From Klebsiella pneumoniae (GTDB lineage Bacteria > Pseudomonadota > Gammaproteobacteria > Steroidobacterales > Steroidobacteraceae): a stretch of 64,000 bases of DNA. Positions 46,182 through 55,751 of this stretch are shown here, piece after piece. The first letter of the stretch is position 1. The number at the start of each line of letters is the position of its first letter. Where the stretch lies: the NCBI GenBank assembly GCA_945873095.1, contig CAMCBU010000010.1, forward strand, positions 9,574-73,573, in the 5' to 3' direction. The translations under genes and the position numbers were made by a program. The notes under the pieces were generated by a model that saw only the letters and a list, made by a program, of their open reading frames with translations, was not told the DNA's origin and made no database searches.

Positions 46182-47294
46182 TCAGATCACGATCAGCTCA
46201 GCGCGCAAGGCGCCGACTTGTTTGAGCGCTTCGAGTATCGCCACGAGATCGCCCGGCGCGGCACCGACACGATTTACGGCATCGACTAGCGTGTCGAGCG
46301 TTACGCCAGACTCGAACTTGAACATGCGCGCGTCCGGCTGCTGCACTTCGACGTCACTGCGCGGCACCTGTACGGTTTCGCCTTGGCCAAAGGCATTGGG
46401 CTGACTGACCTCGGTTCGCTCCGTGATCGTCACGGAGAGCGATCCGTGCGCGACCGCCGCCGGCAGCACGCGCACGCTATTACCGATGACGATGGTGCCG
46501 GTGCGAGAATTGACGATGACACGCGCCGGCGCATCATCGGGGTCGACCTGTAGCTGCTCCAGCCGCGACACGAACGCGATTCGCTCGCGCAGCGATGTCG
46601 GCGCGGCGACTCGGACCGACACCGCATCCAAGGCCTCGGCCGCGTCACTCCCAAGCGCTTGATTGATGGCCTCGGCGAGGCGGTTTGCGGTCGTGAAATC
46701 CGGGGCTCTGAGATTCAAGGTGACGGCCGGCTCCATCGTGAAGCTGGACTGCACCGCGCGCTCGACGGTCGCACCGCCTGGAATTCGACCGGTGCTCGGC
46801 ACATTGACCGAGATCCGCGAACCGTCACCGCCGGAGATGCCAAAGCCGCTCACGACGAGATTACCCTGCGCCATCGCATACACCTCGCCGTCAGCTCCCC
46901 GCAGCGGCGCAAGCAGCAGGGCGCCGCCGCGAAGACTACCGGCATTGGCCATTGACGAGACCGTCACATCGATGGTCTGTCCGGGCTTTGCAAAGGCAGG
47001 CAGCTCCGCCGTCACCGTCACGGCAGCGACATTCTTCAACTGCGGATTGACATTCGGTGGAACGACCACGCCGAACTGCGCGAGCATATTCTTGATGCTC
47101 TGGATGGTGAACGGCGCTTGGCTCGTCTGATCGCCCGTGCCGTCGAGACCAACCACCAGTCCATAACCCACCAGTGGGTTCGAGCGCACGCCATCGATAT
47201 TGGCAAGATCCTTGACCCGCTCGGCAGCCAGCGACGGCAACGACAACAACGCCACCGCCGCCAACAAAGCGACCTGCACGATGCGAGTGTTCAT
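46182..47294 (-). CDS. flgI: flagellar P-ring protein FlgI
   Basis: 370 aa with a signal peptide, [19 protein letters not shown] and the C-terminus [14 protein letters not shown]. Confidence 0.96.
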   Translation of the reverse strand: MNTRIVQVALLAAVALLSLPSLAAERVKDLANIDGVRSNPLVGYGLVVGLDGTGDQTSQAPFTIQSIKNMLAQFGVVVPPNVNPQLKNVAAVTVTAELPAFAKPGQTIDVTVSSMANAGSLRGGALLLAPLRGADGEVYAMAQGNLVVSGFGISGGDGSRISVNVPSTGRIPGGATVERAVQSSFTMEPAVTLNLRAPDFTTANRLAEAINQALGSDAAEALDAVSVRVAAPTSLRERIAFVSRLEQLQVDPDDAPARVIVNSRTGTIVIGNSVRVLPAAVAHGSLSVTITERTEVSQPNAFGQGETVQVPRSDVEVQQPDARMFKFESGVTLDTLVDAVNRVGAAPGDLVAILEALKQVGALRAELIVI

Positions 47295-47989
47295 AGCGGC
47301 AACCAGGGCGAGTTGAAGAATCGTGACAGCAATCCCGGCGAGTTGGCATCCGCCAGCGCGCCGCGTGCGCTATACGTGATCCGCGCGTCCGCCACTTTGG
47401 TCGAGAGCACGGTATTGTCCGGGTTGATATCGACCGAGCGGACGATGCCGCTCACCCGCACGAACTCGCGGCCTTGATTGATGGTCAGCCACTTTTCGCC
47501 GCGCACGAAAAGATTGCCGTTGGGCCAACGCTTGGCGACCGTGACGGTGATGTCCCCAAAGATACTGTTGGTTTGTCGGCTCGAGCCGCTACCATCGAAA
47601 CTCTTGTCACTCTCAACGCTGTTATCGAGGATCGGTACGCCGTTCGCCGTGACGGGACGCCCGGCAATCGTGGGCGCCGGGATGCTGATCGAATTCGATT
47701 TGCTCGTCGAGGTGCTAGAGCTCTTCGATGCATCCATGTTCTCGATGAGGCGGATGGTGAGAATGTCACCCACTCGCCTGGCTACAGCGTTCTCGAACAG
47801 ACGAATGTCACCACCTGCCTGATAGATCGCGCCGTTGGATGCCGTTTCAGGCAGCCCCAACTCCGGCGGAATCGGCGCCCAAGCCTCGTTGGGCTCCATG
47901 GCATAGCGATCACTCGCGCAACCGGTGACCAGCACGGCGAACGCGCACATCAAAATTCGGAACGAAGGCGTCAAAGCCAAAGCACTCAT
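47291..47989 (-). CDS. flgH: flagellar L-ring lipoprotein FlgH
   Basis: Lipobox LVTGCAS; conserved [10 protein letters not shown]-type motif ([16 protein letters not shown]). Confidence 0.96.
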   Translation of the reverse strand: MSALALTPSFRILMCAFAVLVTGCASDRYAMEPNEAWAPIPPELGLPETASNGAIYQAGGDIRLFENAVARRVGDILTIRLIENMDASKSSSTSTSKSNSISIPAPTIAGRPVTANGVPILDNSVESDKSFDGSGSSRQTNSIFGDITVTVAKRWPNGNLFVRGEKWLTINQGREFVRVSGIVRSVDINPDNTVLSTKVADARITYSARGALADANSPGLLSRFFNSPWLPL

Positions 47990-48003
47990 GAGGGATTCTC
48001 CGC

Positions 48004-48789
48004 TTACAAGCGCTGCGTGAGGTACTCGAGCATCTTGTCCGTGGTCGAGATCGCCTTCGAATTCATTTCATAGGCGCGTTGCGTCTCGATCATACTGACG
48101 AGCTCCTCCACGACATTCACGTTCGAAGCTTCGAGTGCACCCTGTTGCAGCGAACCCAGACCATTGACGCCGGGCGTACCGGCCTGCGGCGGACCACTAG
48201 CCGCGGTCTCTAGCAAGAGATTCTCACCGCGCGCTTGCATACCAGCGGGATTGATGAAATCGGCCAACTGCAAAGTGCCGACCTGGTTGGGTGCCGCTTG
48301 CCCCTGCAACTGCACACTCACCGCACCATCGGTGCCGATGGTGACGGAGATGGCGCCTTCAGGAATCGAGATCGCCGGCTGCACGCGATATCCGCCCGAG
48401 GTCACGAGCTCACCCTCGGCGTTCAGCTTGAAGCTGCCATCACGCGTATAAGCGGTCGTGCCATCGGGCAACGACACTTGAAAAAAACCGCGTCCGTTGA
48501 TCGCGACGTCGGTCGAGTTGTTGGTGATTTGGATACTGCCTTGTGTATTGAGTTTCTCGGTCGCGACGACGCGCGAACCGGTGCCGAGATGCACTCCTGA
48601 CGGCAGCAGCGTATCTTGCGCGCCCGTCGCGCCAGTCTGGCGAACGGTCTGATACATCAGATCTTCGAAAGCGACGCGGCTGCGTTTGAATCCGGTGGTG
48701 TTGACGTTGGCGAGGTTGTTCGCGGTGACCGTCATGCGCGTCTGTTGCGCTTCGAGACCGGTCTTGGCTGCCCAGAGTGCGGAGTCCAT
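48004..48789 (-). CDS. flgG: distal rod protein FlgG
   Basis: 261 aa with rod N-terminus and C-terminus ([24 protein letters not shown]). Confidence 0.97.
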   Translation of the reverse strand: MDSALWAAKTGLEAQQTRMTVTANNLANVNTTGFKRSRVAFEDLMYQTVRQTGATGAQDTLLPSGVHLGTGSRVVATEKLNTQGSIQITNNSTDVAINGRGFFQVSLPDGTTAYTRDGSFKLNAEGELVTSGGYRVQPAISIPEGAISVTIGTDGAVSVQLQGQAAPNQVGTLQLADFINPAGMQARGENLLLETAASGPPQAGTPGVNGLGSLQQGALEASNVNVVEELVSMIETQRAYEMNSKAISTTDKMLEYLTQRL

Positions 48790-48829
48790 CGTTCTTACCT
48801 CTCGAAATCGTGTTACCTACTTCGGAGTT

Positions 48830-48844
48830 GCAGCAAGCGTGCCA
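48830..48844 (-). promoter_or_regulatory. sigma54 -24/-12 promoter in the flgF-flgG spacer
   Basis: The minus strand reads TGGCACGCTTGCTGC (GG/GC spacing exact; -14 is C instead of T). The predicted TSS is about 48818, 29 nt before the flgG ATG. Confidence 0.55.
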
Positions 48845-48846
48845 CA

Positions 48847-48860
48847 GTCAAAGAAATGAC
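48847..48860 (-). promoter_or_regulatory. GTCA-N6-TGAC palindrome abutting the flgG sigma54 element (possible FleQ box)
   Basis: GTCAAAGAAATGAC (extended arms AGTCA/TGACT). It lies 2 nt upstream of TGGCAC and overlaps the flgF stop codon. Confidence 0.3.
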
Positions 48861-49600
48861 TAACGCAGTGACAGCAGTGACTGCGAACTGCGCGCGTTCT
48901 CCTCAGCCGACTTGATCGCCTTCATCTGCATCTCGAACTGCCGAGACAGCTCGATCATGTTCACGATTGCCGCCGCACCGTTCACGTTACTGGCCTCGGT
49001 GGCGCCCGAGATCACCCGCACTGCTGGGTCCGCAGTCGCAATGCCGCCATTTCGCTGACGGAACAGACCGTCGGTGCCGCGAATCAGTTCGCTCGATGGC
49101 GGGTTGACGAGCTTGATGCGCCCCACCACCGCCTGAGCCTCCGGCCCTTGCCCAGGCGGAATCACCGACACCTCGCCGTTGGCTGCGATCGTCACCGAGG
49201 AGTTCGCTGGAATCAGGATCGGACCGCCCTCGCCGAGTACCGCCCGGCCGGAGGCATTGCGCAGTTCACCGCTCGGATCGACCCGCAGATCACCCGCACG
49301 GGTGTAAGCCTCAGTACCATCGGCCGCTTGCACGGCGATCCACCCGTCGCCTTGAATGGCGATATCGAGTGGATTGCCGCTCGTCAGCACCGAGCCTTGC
49401 ATCGTGTTGAAGCCCGAATCGAGTCGGGTGCCGACGGCACGCGACTTGAAGCCCGGCCCTTCGACGTTCTGCGCTTCGAAGGCCGAGAGGTCGGCCCTAA
49501 AGCCTGTCGTATTGATATTCGCGAGATTGTTGCTGTTCGCCGCCTGTGCCCGCAGCGCCGAGTTGGCACCAATCATCGAGACGTAGATCAGCTTATCCAT
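48860..49600 (-). CDS. flgF: proximal rod protein FlgF
   Basis: 246 aa rod protein (SNVNGAAAIVNMIELSRQFEMQMK). Confidence 0.95.
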   Translation of the reverse strand: MDKLIYVSMIGANSALRAQAANSNNLANINTTGFRADLSAFEAQNVEGPGFKSRAVGTRLDSGFNTMQGSVLTSGNPLDIAIQGDGWIAVQAADGTEAYTRAGDLRVDPSGELRNASGRAVLGEGGPILIPANSSVTIAANGEVSVIPPGQGPEAQAVVGRIKLVNPPSSELIRGTDGLFRQRNGGIATADPAVRVISGATEASNVNGAAAIVNMIELSRQFEMQMKAIKSAEENARSSQSLLSLR

Positions 49601-49620
49601 GAGGGGGCCTCAGCTCGCGA

Positions 49621-50811
49621 TCAACGCAGGTTGATGATGGTCTGAGCGATCTGATCCGATGCCGAGATCAACTTGGCATTGGCCTGGAAGTTGCGCTGCG
49701 CCGTGATCATGTGCACGAGCTCTTTGGTCATGTCGACGTTGGAAGCTTCGAGCGAGTTCGATTCGATCTGGCCGAAGCCCGCCGCGCCGGGTGTGCCCAG
49801 TAAGGCCGGACCCGAAGCCACCGTCTCCACCCAGCTGCCACCGCCCTTCTGCTGCAGTGCGTCAAGACCGGTGAAGTTCGCGACGGCGATTTGACCGAGT
49901 TTCTCGAGCTCACCATTCGAATACGTGCCATTGATAACACCCATCGGGTCCACCGACACCCCGGTCAGCCGACCACTGGTGTAGCCATTTTGATCGATAC
50001 TGTTGACGCTGAACGCAGCACCGCGTTGCGTTGCCTCAGTCATCGAAAAGCTGATACCCGTCAGCGCCGCGAACGAAATCGCGCCTGCCGATGCGGTACC
50101 ACCGCCGGCCACGAGAGCGCCGTTAGCGTCGAACGCAATCGTCTCCACCTCGGGGGCTCCCTGCATGGTCCCATCGACGGCCACGCGTACATCCCATTGG
50201 TTGGCCGTCGCGGTCTTTGAGAAGTACAGTGTCGAGTTCTTGGCGGTTCCCTGTGCATCGTAGAACACCGTCGACACCGAGTGACTGTACGTAGACGAGT
50301 CAGACTGGCTGAAGGTTCCGGTCGGAACGGTGGCGTTCGCTGGCAGATTCAGCCCGAGCTTGACGTTGGTCGTGGCTTTCGGCGTGCGATCGGCTTTCGA
50401 TAGAGTGAGATTACCGATGCCACCGGTCCCGTTATTGCCGCTGAGATAGACCTGTAACTTTTGACCGTTGGAATTCGTCACGACTCCGCTGGAGTCGACG
50501 CTGAATGCACCGGCTCGCGTATAGGATGTCGAGCCGTCGGACTCTTTGACGACGAAGAAGCCGTTACCGCCGATCGCAAGATCGAGCTCATTACCGGTGA
50601 ATTCGATCGAGCCTTGGTTGAAGTCTTGCTTGACGTCGCTGACGCGAACGCCGGCACCGCCGTTGATGGCGGAGCCACGGGTGAAAATATCCGAGAACTG
50701 GGCACGACCGTTCTTGAAGCCGGTCGTTCCAGCGTTGGCAATGTTATTGGCGGTCGTCGACAGATCGCTTTGCGCTGCGTTCAGACCACTGATCGCGATA
50801 TTGAAGCTCAT
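49621..50811 (-). CDS. flgE: flagellar hook protein FlgE
   Basis: 396 aa: MSFNIAISGLNAAQSDL...NVDMTKELVHMITAQRNFQANAK...IINLR. Confidence 0.96.
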   Translation of the reverse strand: MSFNIAISGLNAAQSDLSTTANNIANAGTTGFKNGRAQFSDIFTRGSAINGGAGVRVSDVKQDFNQGSIEFTGNELDLAIGGNGFFVVKESDGSTSYTRAGAFSVDSSGVVTNSNGQKLQVYLSGNNGTGGIGNLTLSKADRTPKATTNVKLGLNLPANATVPTGTFSQSDSSTYSHSVSTVFYDAQGTAKNSTLYFSKTATANQWDVRVAVDGTMQGAPEVETIAFDANGALVAGGGTASAGAISFAALTGISFSMTEATQRGAAFSVNSIDQNGYTSGRLTGVSVDPMGVINGTYSNGELEKLGQIAVANFTGLDALQQKGGGSWVETVASGPALLGTPGAAGFGQIESNSLEASNVDMTKELVHMITAQRNFQANAKLISASDQIAQTIINLR

Positions 50812-50830
50812 GGTAAATTCTCCGAATAAA

Positions 50831-51490
50831 TTACATCACTTGCCGCACATCGCTGAGCAACAGCGATCCGTTTGGCGTGTTTAGGGTCAAGCCGCGTCCG
50901 TTGGCGTCCAGGGTCACGCTATTGACGCGGCTGCGCAGCATGACCTCCATCGACTGATTGCGACCGCCGACGTTGGCGATCAACTCCATTTGATAAGCAC
51001 CGGGCGCCGCCGCGGCGCCATCGAGGCGCACCCCGGGCCAGCTGAACGACTGCAATCCAGCGGCGGGCGAAACCGGCAGCCGAGCGACCAACGCGCCACT
51101 CGCATCGCGCACGATCACACTCGCCTCGCGCACACCCTCGGGTAACTCCACCGCGCCCTCGATGGCGAGAGCACCGTCATATCTTGCGATCGAGCCCTCG
51201 GCGAGCACCTCACGACCGACGATCTGTGCACCCGAGAGGGCCTGCGACGATCGCAACGAATCGACCATCGAACTCATCGAATCCTGCATTTCACGAATGC
51301 CGCTCACGGTGGTGAATTGTGCGAGCTGACCGATGAACTCGGTTGGCTCCAGCGGTTTCATCGGGTCTTGATTGCGCAACTGCGCGAGCATCAAGGTGAG
51401 AAACTGATCGGAGCCAAACTGCTCCAGCGCGCCCTTGGAAGTCGCCGTGTTCGCAGGTTGACTCGCATTGATGGCGTCGAGTGTGGTCAT
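50831..51490 (-). CDS. flgD: hook cap/scaffold protein FlgD
   Basis: 219 aa with FLTLMLAQLRNQDPMKP and a C-terminal FlgD Ig-like part. Confidence 0.94.
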   Translation of the reverse strand: MTTLDAINASQPANTATSKGALEQFGSDQFLTLMLAQLRNQDPMKPLEPTEFIGQLAQFTTVSGIREMQDSMSSMVDSLRSSQALSGAQIVGREVLAEGSIARYDGALAIEGAVELPEGVREASVIVRDASGALVARLPVSPAAGLQSFSWPGVRLDGAAAAPGAYQMELIANVGGRNQSMEVMLRSRVNSVTLDANGRGLTLNTPNGSLLLSDVRQVM

Positions 51491-51494
51491 GGCG

Positions 51495-51908
51495 TCACTG
51501 TCCGAGGCGCAAGGTGGCGAGCATCAGCTCACGCGAGGTGTTCATCACCTCGATGTTGTTCTGGTAAGAGCGCGAAGCGGCGATCATGTCGACCATCTGA
51601 TCGACGGCACTGATGTTCGGCGAGTAGACATAACCGTTGGTGTCGGCCAGCGGATTGCCGGGCTCATAGCGCATCAACGCCTCAACATCGGCCTCGACCA
51701 CATCTTTGACCCGCACGGCCGAGCTCGCCTCGACTTCGCGCGTCTGACGACGGACTTCTTCGAACACCACTTGGCGCGGCTTGTAGACCTTGTCCGCACT
51801 CGAGGCGACGCTGTTCGCGTTGGCGATGTTGCTCGCCACGGTGTTCAGTCGGACGGACTCAGCCGCCATACCCGAGCCTGCTATGTCAAAGATCTTGAGG
51901 CTGGCCAT
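51495..51908 (-). CDS. flgC: proximal rod protein FlgC
   Basis: The ATG at 51908 gives a 137-aa product, MASLKIFDIAGSGMAAESVRLNTVASNIANANS..., which is typical of FlgC. The 305-aa ORF-track version is an Arg-rich extension overlapping flgB. Confidence 0.95.
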   Translation of the reverse strand: MASLKIFDIAGSGMAAESVRLNTVASNIANANSVASSADKVYKPRQVVFEEVRRQTREVEASSAVRVKDVVEADVEALMRYEPGNPLADTNGYVYSPNISAVDQMVDMIAASRSYQNNIEVMNTSRELMLATLRLGQ

Positions 51909-51910
51909 GA

Positions 51911-52339
51911 TTATTGCCCCGTGATCGCGGTCATCAGACCGCGCAGCTGGGAGTTCACGAAGTTCAGCGACGCTTGATAGCGAACCGCGTTTTGCGCAAA
52001 CGCTGCCTGCTCCATCTGCACATCGACGGAATTGCCATCGAGAGACGGCATGAGTACGTCCCGCTCGGTGAGCGCTAGCGCCGCATCGACGGGCGAGTCC
52101 GCGGCGGATGCCGAACCACCGGTGTGGCCGCTGCGCGTCGTCGCGAGGCGCAAAGCAGCGCCAGAGACGGATCGATCGCCACCCGTCGCGACGGCGAGCG
52201 CCTGTTGAAAATCGAAATCGACCGCCTTGTAATTCGGAGTCTCGGCGTTGGCCAGGTTGCGCGCGAGCACCTCGCTGCGCTTCGCGCTGAGCTTGAGCGA
52301 CTCGGTATGCAGTCGCAGATGAGCATCGAGATCGAACAT
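51911..52339 (-). CDS. flgB: proximal rod protein FlgB
   Basis: The ATG at 52339 with a GGAGG RBS gives a 142-aa product containing LARNLANAETPNYKA. Confidence 0.94.
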   Translation of the reverse strand: MFDLDAHLRLHTESLKLSAKRSEVLARNLANAETPNYKAVDFDFQQALAVATGGDRSVSGAALRLATTRSGHTGGSASAADSPVDAALALTERDVLMPSLDGNSVDVQMEQAAFAQNAVRYQASLNFVNSQLRGLMTAITGQ

Positions 52340-52381
52340 CGCTGGAACCTCCGCCAAAAAAATGGCCTCGGTGGGAACGAA

Positions 52382-52396
52382 GCAACGGCTGTGCCA
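52382..52396 (-). promoter_or_regulatory. sigma54 -24/-12 promoter of the flgB operon
   Basis: The minus strand reads TGGCACAGCCGTTGC, a perfect consensus core. The predicted TSS is about 52370, 31 nt before the flgB ATG. Confidence 0.75.
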
Positions 52397-52471
52397 CAAC
52401 CAGGGTGTTCACTTCGAAATGGATACGCTTTGACGAATCCGCCAGCGCGCCGCTTTATTGACGCCTTTGCA

Positions 52472-52486
52472 TGGCACGACGATTGC
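52472..52486 (+). promoter_or_regulatory. sigma54 -24/-12 promoter immediately upstream of flgA
   Basis: The plus strand reads TGGCACGACGATTGC, a perfect consensus core. The -12 C at 52486 puts the predicted TSS at about 52498, 1 nt before the flgA ATG. Confidence 0.65.
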
Positions 52487-52498
52487 TCTGACAAAATC

Positions 52499-53212
52499 AT
52501 GAATGACATGAACACGATCACCCGCTTCGCTGGATCACTCGTTGTTATCGCTACCGCGCTCGCCACGATGCCGACGCAGGCCGCAGCCGGTCTGCATGAC
52601 CTTGGCGATATCGTCGCAACGGCTCGAGCGACACTCGCGGCGAAGGCGCCCTCGGCCTCGATCGAGATCGCCCCGCTCGATCCGCGAGTGCGCCTGCCCC
52701 AGTGCGGCAGTGCGCTGCGGGCTGCGTTGCCTCCATCGCCTTCGAGCACCGCCAACCGAATGGCCGTGCGCGTGCAATGCGATGGCCCAACCCCTTGGAA
52801 TGTGGCGGTGACGACCGAGGTCAGCAGCGACCGGCCGGTCGTAGTGGCCACGCGCGCGCTGCGCACGGGGCAAGCGGTGTCACCGGCTGATCTGGAGATC
52901 GTCACCCGTCGCGTCGCGGGCATCGGCCACTGTTGCGCCACCGAGCTCGGCGAGGTCATCGGGCAGACGGTTCGTCGCCCGATCAGCTCCGGCGAGCCGA
53001 TTCGCTACGAGGCACTCGAGACTCCCCCTGCGATCCGTCGCGGCGAGCAGGTCACGATCGTCGCCCGTAACCCCGGCATGGAGATTCGGGCGACCGGCGT
53101 CGCCCTCGCCGATGCACGAACTGGGGAACCAGTTCGCATTCGGCACTCGAGCTCTCTACGCATCGTGCAGGCTCGGGCCGATACTCCGGGTGTCGCGAGA
53201 GTGGATCGATAA
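52499..53212 (+). CDS. flgA: P-ring assembly chaperone FlgA
   Basis: Start MNDMNTITRFAGSLVVIATALATMPTQAAA (signal peptide), with SAF/ChapFlgA-type C-terminus (RRGEQVTIV...VRIRHSSS). The upstream part of the 362-aa ORF is antisense to flgB and not homologous. Confidence 0.88.
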   Translation: MNDMNTITRFAGSLVVIATALATMPTQAAAGLHDLGDIVATARATLAAKAPSASIEIAPLDPRVRLPQCGSALRAALPPSPSSTANRMAVRVQCDGPTPWNVAVTTEVSSDRPVVVATRALRTGQAVSPADLEIVTRRVAGIGHCCATELGEVIGQTVRRPISSGEPIRYEALETPPAIRRGEQVTIVARNPGMEIRATGVALADARTGEPVRIRHSSSLRIVQARADTPGVARVDR

Positions 53213-53228
53213 CGCTGACGGAAGGTTC

Positions 53229-53255
53229 TAAAGATTTTTCAAAGTCGGCCGTTAA
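53229..53255 (+). promoter_or_regulatory. sigma28 promoter of flgM-flgN
   Basis: The plus strand reads TAAAGATT-N11-GCCGTTAA, 30 nt upstream of the flgM ATG. Confidence 0.75.
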
Positions 53256-53285
53256 CCGTTACGAGGGAACTAGGAGAACCGTGCC

Positions 53286-53642
53286 ATGAATGTCAAAGTC
53301 ACCGGGAACGAGGTCCGCCCGCCGCCAGGTGGCGGGGCCAGCGGCGTCGCCAGCGGCGTCGCCCGACGCGAATCGTCGGAGGACGTCGCTGCGGTCCAGC
53401 GAGCCGCATCCGCCACCAACCAGGGCAGCACCGTGGAGATCGGCGCGACCACGCGTCATCTGCTCGATCTTGCCAAGAGCGGTAATGCGACCGACGTCGT
53501 CGATATGGCTAAAGTCGAGCGACTGCGTGCCGCGATTGCGGATGGCAGTTATCGAGTGGATGGGCAGAAAGTCGCCGATCAGCTATTGCGCTTCGAGTAT
53601 CTGCTTGGGCGCGTGACGGGCGACATCCAAACACGCTCATGA
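53286..53642 (+). CDS. flgM: anti-sigma28 factor FlgM
   Basis: 118 aa with the C-terminal motif KVERLRAAIADGSYRVDGQKVADQLL. A sigma28 promoter lies upstream. ATGA overlap with flgN. Confidence 0.92.
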   Translation: MNVKVTGNEVRPPPGGGASGVASGVARRESSEDVAAVQRAASATNQGSTVEIGATTRHLLDLAKSGNATDVVDMAKVERLRAAIADGSYRVDGQKVADQLLRFEYLLGRVTGDIQTRS

Positions 53643-54121
53643 ACGACGCGCGCGTCGCCATCGGCAAACTGCTCGAGGATGAACTGCGACTGCTGCAGCG
53701 CCTCGAGCAGTTGCTGGCGGACGAAAAGGCCTTGTTACTCGAAGACGACTCACCCGAGCGGCTCGAGATAGCCTGTGCGTCACGCCAAGAATGCATGGGC
53801 GCGCTCTTGCGTTTGCAGGATGAGCGCTCGCAACTCTTGCGGATGTCGGGCTATCCGACCGACAACGCGGGCTTGGTGCTGCTGATTCGCGCTTGCGACC
53901 CCGCCCGCGAACTGCCCCCGCGATGGGCCGAGTGCGCTGAACTCGCCAAACGCTGTCGAGCGTTGAACGACCATAATGGGGCGCTCGTGAGTTCTCGCAT
54001 GCGCCGCATTCAGGGTGTGCTTGAAGTACTCACGGGCAGTCGAGAAGGCCCGAACGTTTACGGCCGCCAGGCCGAGCAGCATTGGGTCCAGTCAGGGCGG
54101 ATGCTCGCGACAGAAGTTTGA
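53639..54121 (+). CDS. flgN: FlgK/FlgL export chaperone FlgN
   Basis: 160 aa helical protein (LLEDELRLLQRLEQLLADEKALL) directly after flgM. Confidence 0.85.
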   Translation: MNDARVAIGKLLEDELRLLQRLEQLLADEKALLLEDDSPERLEIACASRQECMGALLRLQDERSQLLRMSGYPTDNAGLVLLIRACDPARELPPRWAECAELAKRCRALNDHNGALVSSRMRRIQGVLEVLTGSREGPNVYGRQAEQHWVQSGRMLATEV

Positions 54122-54130
54122 CGCGAGCGC

Positions 54131-55681
54131 TCAGTCGAGGGCACCCGGATTCATCATGCCCGCCGGGTCCACCGCCGCCTTCAACTGGTCGAACAACTTC
54201 GCGGTCTCTGGCCGGAGCACCGATCGGTACGGATAGGTCTTACCAAGTTGATTGGACGCGGCGCCCAATTCGGCAAACAGAGCGATCAGCGCCGCGCGCA
54301 TTTCGGCGACGAGCTCGCGAGCGGCTGGCTTGGCAGGCGGCGCACCCAATCTCTGTTTGAGACTCTCGCTCGCAAAGCGTTGATGCACCGGTAACCATTC
54401 GTCGTGCCAGTGGAAGACGGGCTCGAAACTGAAGGCATGGTTACCGATGGCGATCAGCAGATGGCTCATCCAGACCCCTTCGGTCTGCATCCGCTCGCGA
54501 TACTGGGCGAGCTTTTCGGCGCTCGCTCGAATGATTTTTTCGGCATCCGAATGGGCCACCTTCGCATTCAGCGCCGCCCATCGCTCACCCTCGCCACCCA
54601 CCACTCCCTCGAGCGGCGGAAAGAGATTCGCTCGAACCGCTTTCGGAATCGAATGAGGGATCACCGATCCACCCTGCTGCAAAGCAGCCTGACGACAGGT
54701 CTCGAGATCGGCCTCGAGCGAGGCGAGACTGCGCGCGGCACAGGTGACGTGCAAGGAGTACGCTTGCTCGGGCAAGAAGTGCCGCCCCGCTTTGACCAAC
54801 CCTAAGCCCTCTTTGAGCCCACGCCACCACGCGTTTTCATTGCGTACGACGTTCAAAAGCATATTGGCATCGGAGAGCAAGCCTTCCGAGCGCAGATTCT
54901 TGCGGGTCGTCTCGGGATCGAAAACGTAGGCCTCTTCCGCCGCACCGCTGCGCCCAATGGCAGACAGCGCGCGTGCGGCGGCTTCAATGTGGTCGAACAC
55001 GAACGAAGCGTGGCCGGTTTCTTTGGGCGCTTCGATCAAGCGTAGCGTCGCGCGCAGCTTGACGCCGAGCGATCCCGCATCGTGCAGGAACAGGCCGCTC
55101 AAATCCGGGCCGCAGGTTCGATAAAACGGCTTCTGCGCAGCGGCAAAGCCGGTCTGACCGGTATGGACGATGGACCCATCCGCCAGCGCCACCTCGAGGC
55201 CAAGCACGGCATCGGCGCCGGTACCGTAACGCGCCGTGCCCAAGAACAGCGCGCCGTTGGAAAGACCGCCGCCGACCGTCGCCTGCGCGCCCGAGAAAGT
55301 ACCGAAGAACGGCAGCCGCAAACCGAGCGGTCGCAGGGCCTCATAGATTCGCTTCCAGGTCACACCGACTTCAACGGTGATGTACATATCCGTCGCATTG
55401 ATCTCGACGATCGCATCCAGCGCCGAGGTGTCGAGCATGACCGTTCGGTCGCGCACAGGCACATAGCCGCCCGTGTAGGACATGCCGCCGCCGCGAACGA
55501 CGATGGGGTGGCGCGCCGCGGTGAGTTCCGCGATCGCTGCGGCACATCGCGCAGCACTGCGGGGCCGAACCAGTGCGTACGCGGTGAGGCCGCGTGCGTA
55601 GACATCGGCCGAACAGGCTTCGAGAGTGGCGGGATCCTGCGAAATTTCCGACGGATCCAAGCAGTTTAGCGTTAGAGTCAT
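54131..55681 (-). CDS. FAD-binding oxidoreductase (FAD_binding_4 / GlcD-like)
   Basis: The ATG at 55681 gives MTLTLNCLDPSEI.... FAD-binding segment IVVRGGGMSYTGGYVP. The upstream 111 codons of the ORF-track version overlap the divergent usp gene and look non-coding. Confidence 0.8.
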   Translation of the reverse strand: MTLTLNCLDPSEISQDPATLEACSADVYARGLTAYALVRPRSAARCAAAIAELTAARHPIVVRGGGMSYTGGYVPVRDRTVMLDTSALDAIVEINATDMYITVEVGVTWKRIYEALRPLGLRLPFFGTFSGAQATVGGGLSNGALFLGTARYGTGADAVLGLEVALADGSIVHTGQTGFAAAQKPFYRTCGPDLSGLFLHDAGSLGVKLRATLRLIEAPKETGHASFVFDHIEAAARALSAIGRSGAAEEAYVFDPETTRKNLRSEGLLSDANMLLNVVRNENAWWRGLKEGLGLVKAGRHFLPEQAYSLHVTCAARSLASLEADLETCRQAALQQGGSVIPHSIPKAVRANLFPPLEGVVGGEGERWAALNAKVAHSDAEKIIRASAEKLAQYRERMQTEGVWMSHLLIAIGNHAFSFEPVFHWHDEWLPVHQRFASESLKQRLGAPPAKPAARELVAEMRAALIALFAELGAASNQLGKTYPYRSVLRPETAKLFDQLKAAVDPAGMMNPGALD

Positions 55682-55751
55682 ATAGGTAATCCTACTGATG
55701 TGCGCTAGGCCCGCAGTCGGAAAACTGGAACGAACCATCTGGAGGTCGACC

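Noticed and set aside
51909-52498. Long N-terminal extensions in the ORF track for flgC (51495-52412, 305 aa) and flgA (52124-53212, 362 aa).
   Set aside because: The extensions are Arg/Ala-rich and overlap flgB or each other. Homology to FlgC and FlgA begins only at the internal ATGs (51908 and 52499). The two sigma54 promoters also lie inside these extensions.
52075-52959. A 294-aa minus-strand ORF antisense to flgA, and similar long ORFs antisense to flagellar or his genes (for example 2368-3246, 19114-19881, 23424-24092, 41347-41931).
   Set aside because: These are typical high-GC shadow ORFs: Arg/Ser/Ala/Pro-rich, without recognisable domains, and each fully overlaps a confidently homologous gene on the other strand.
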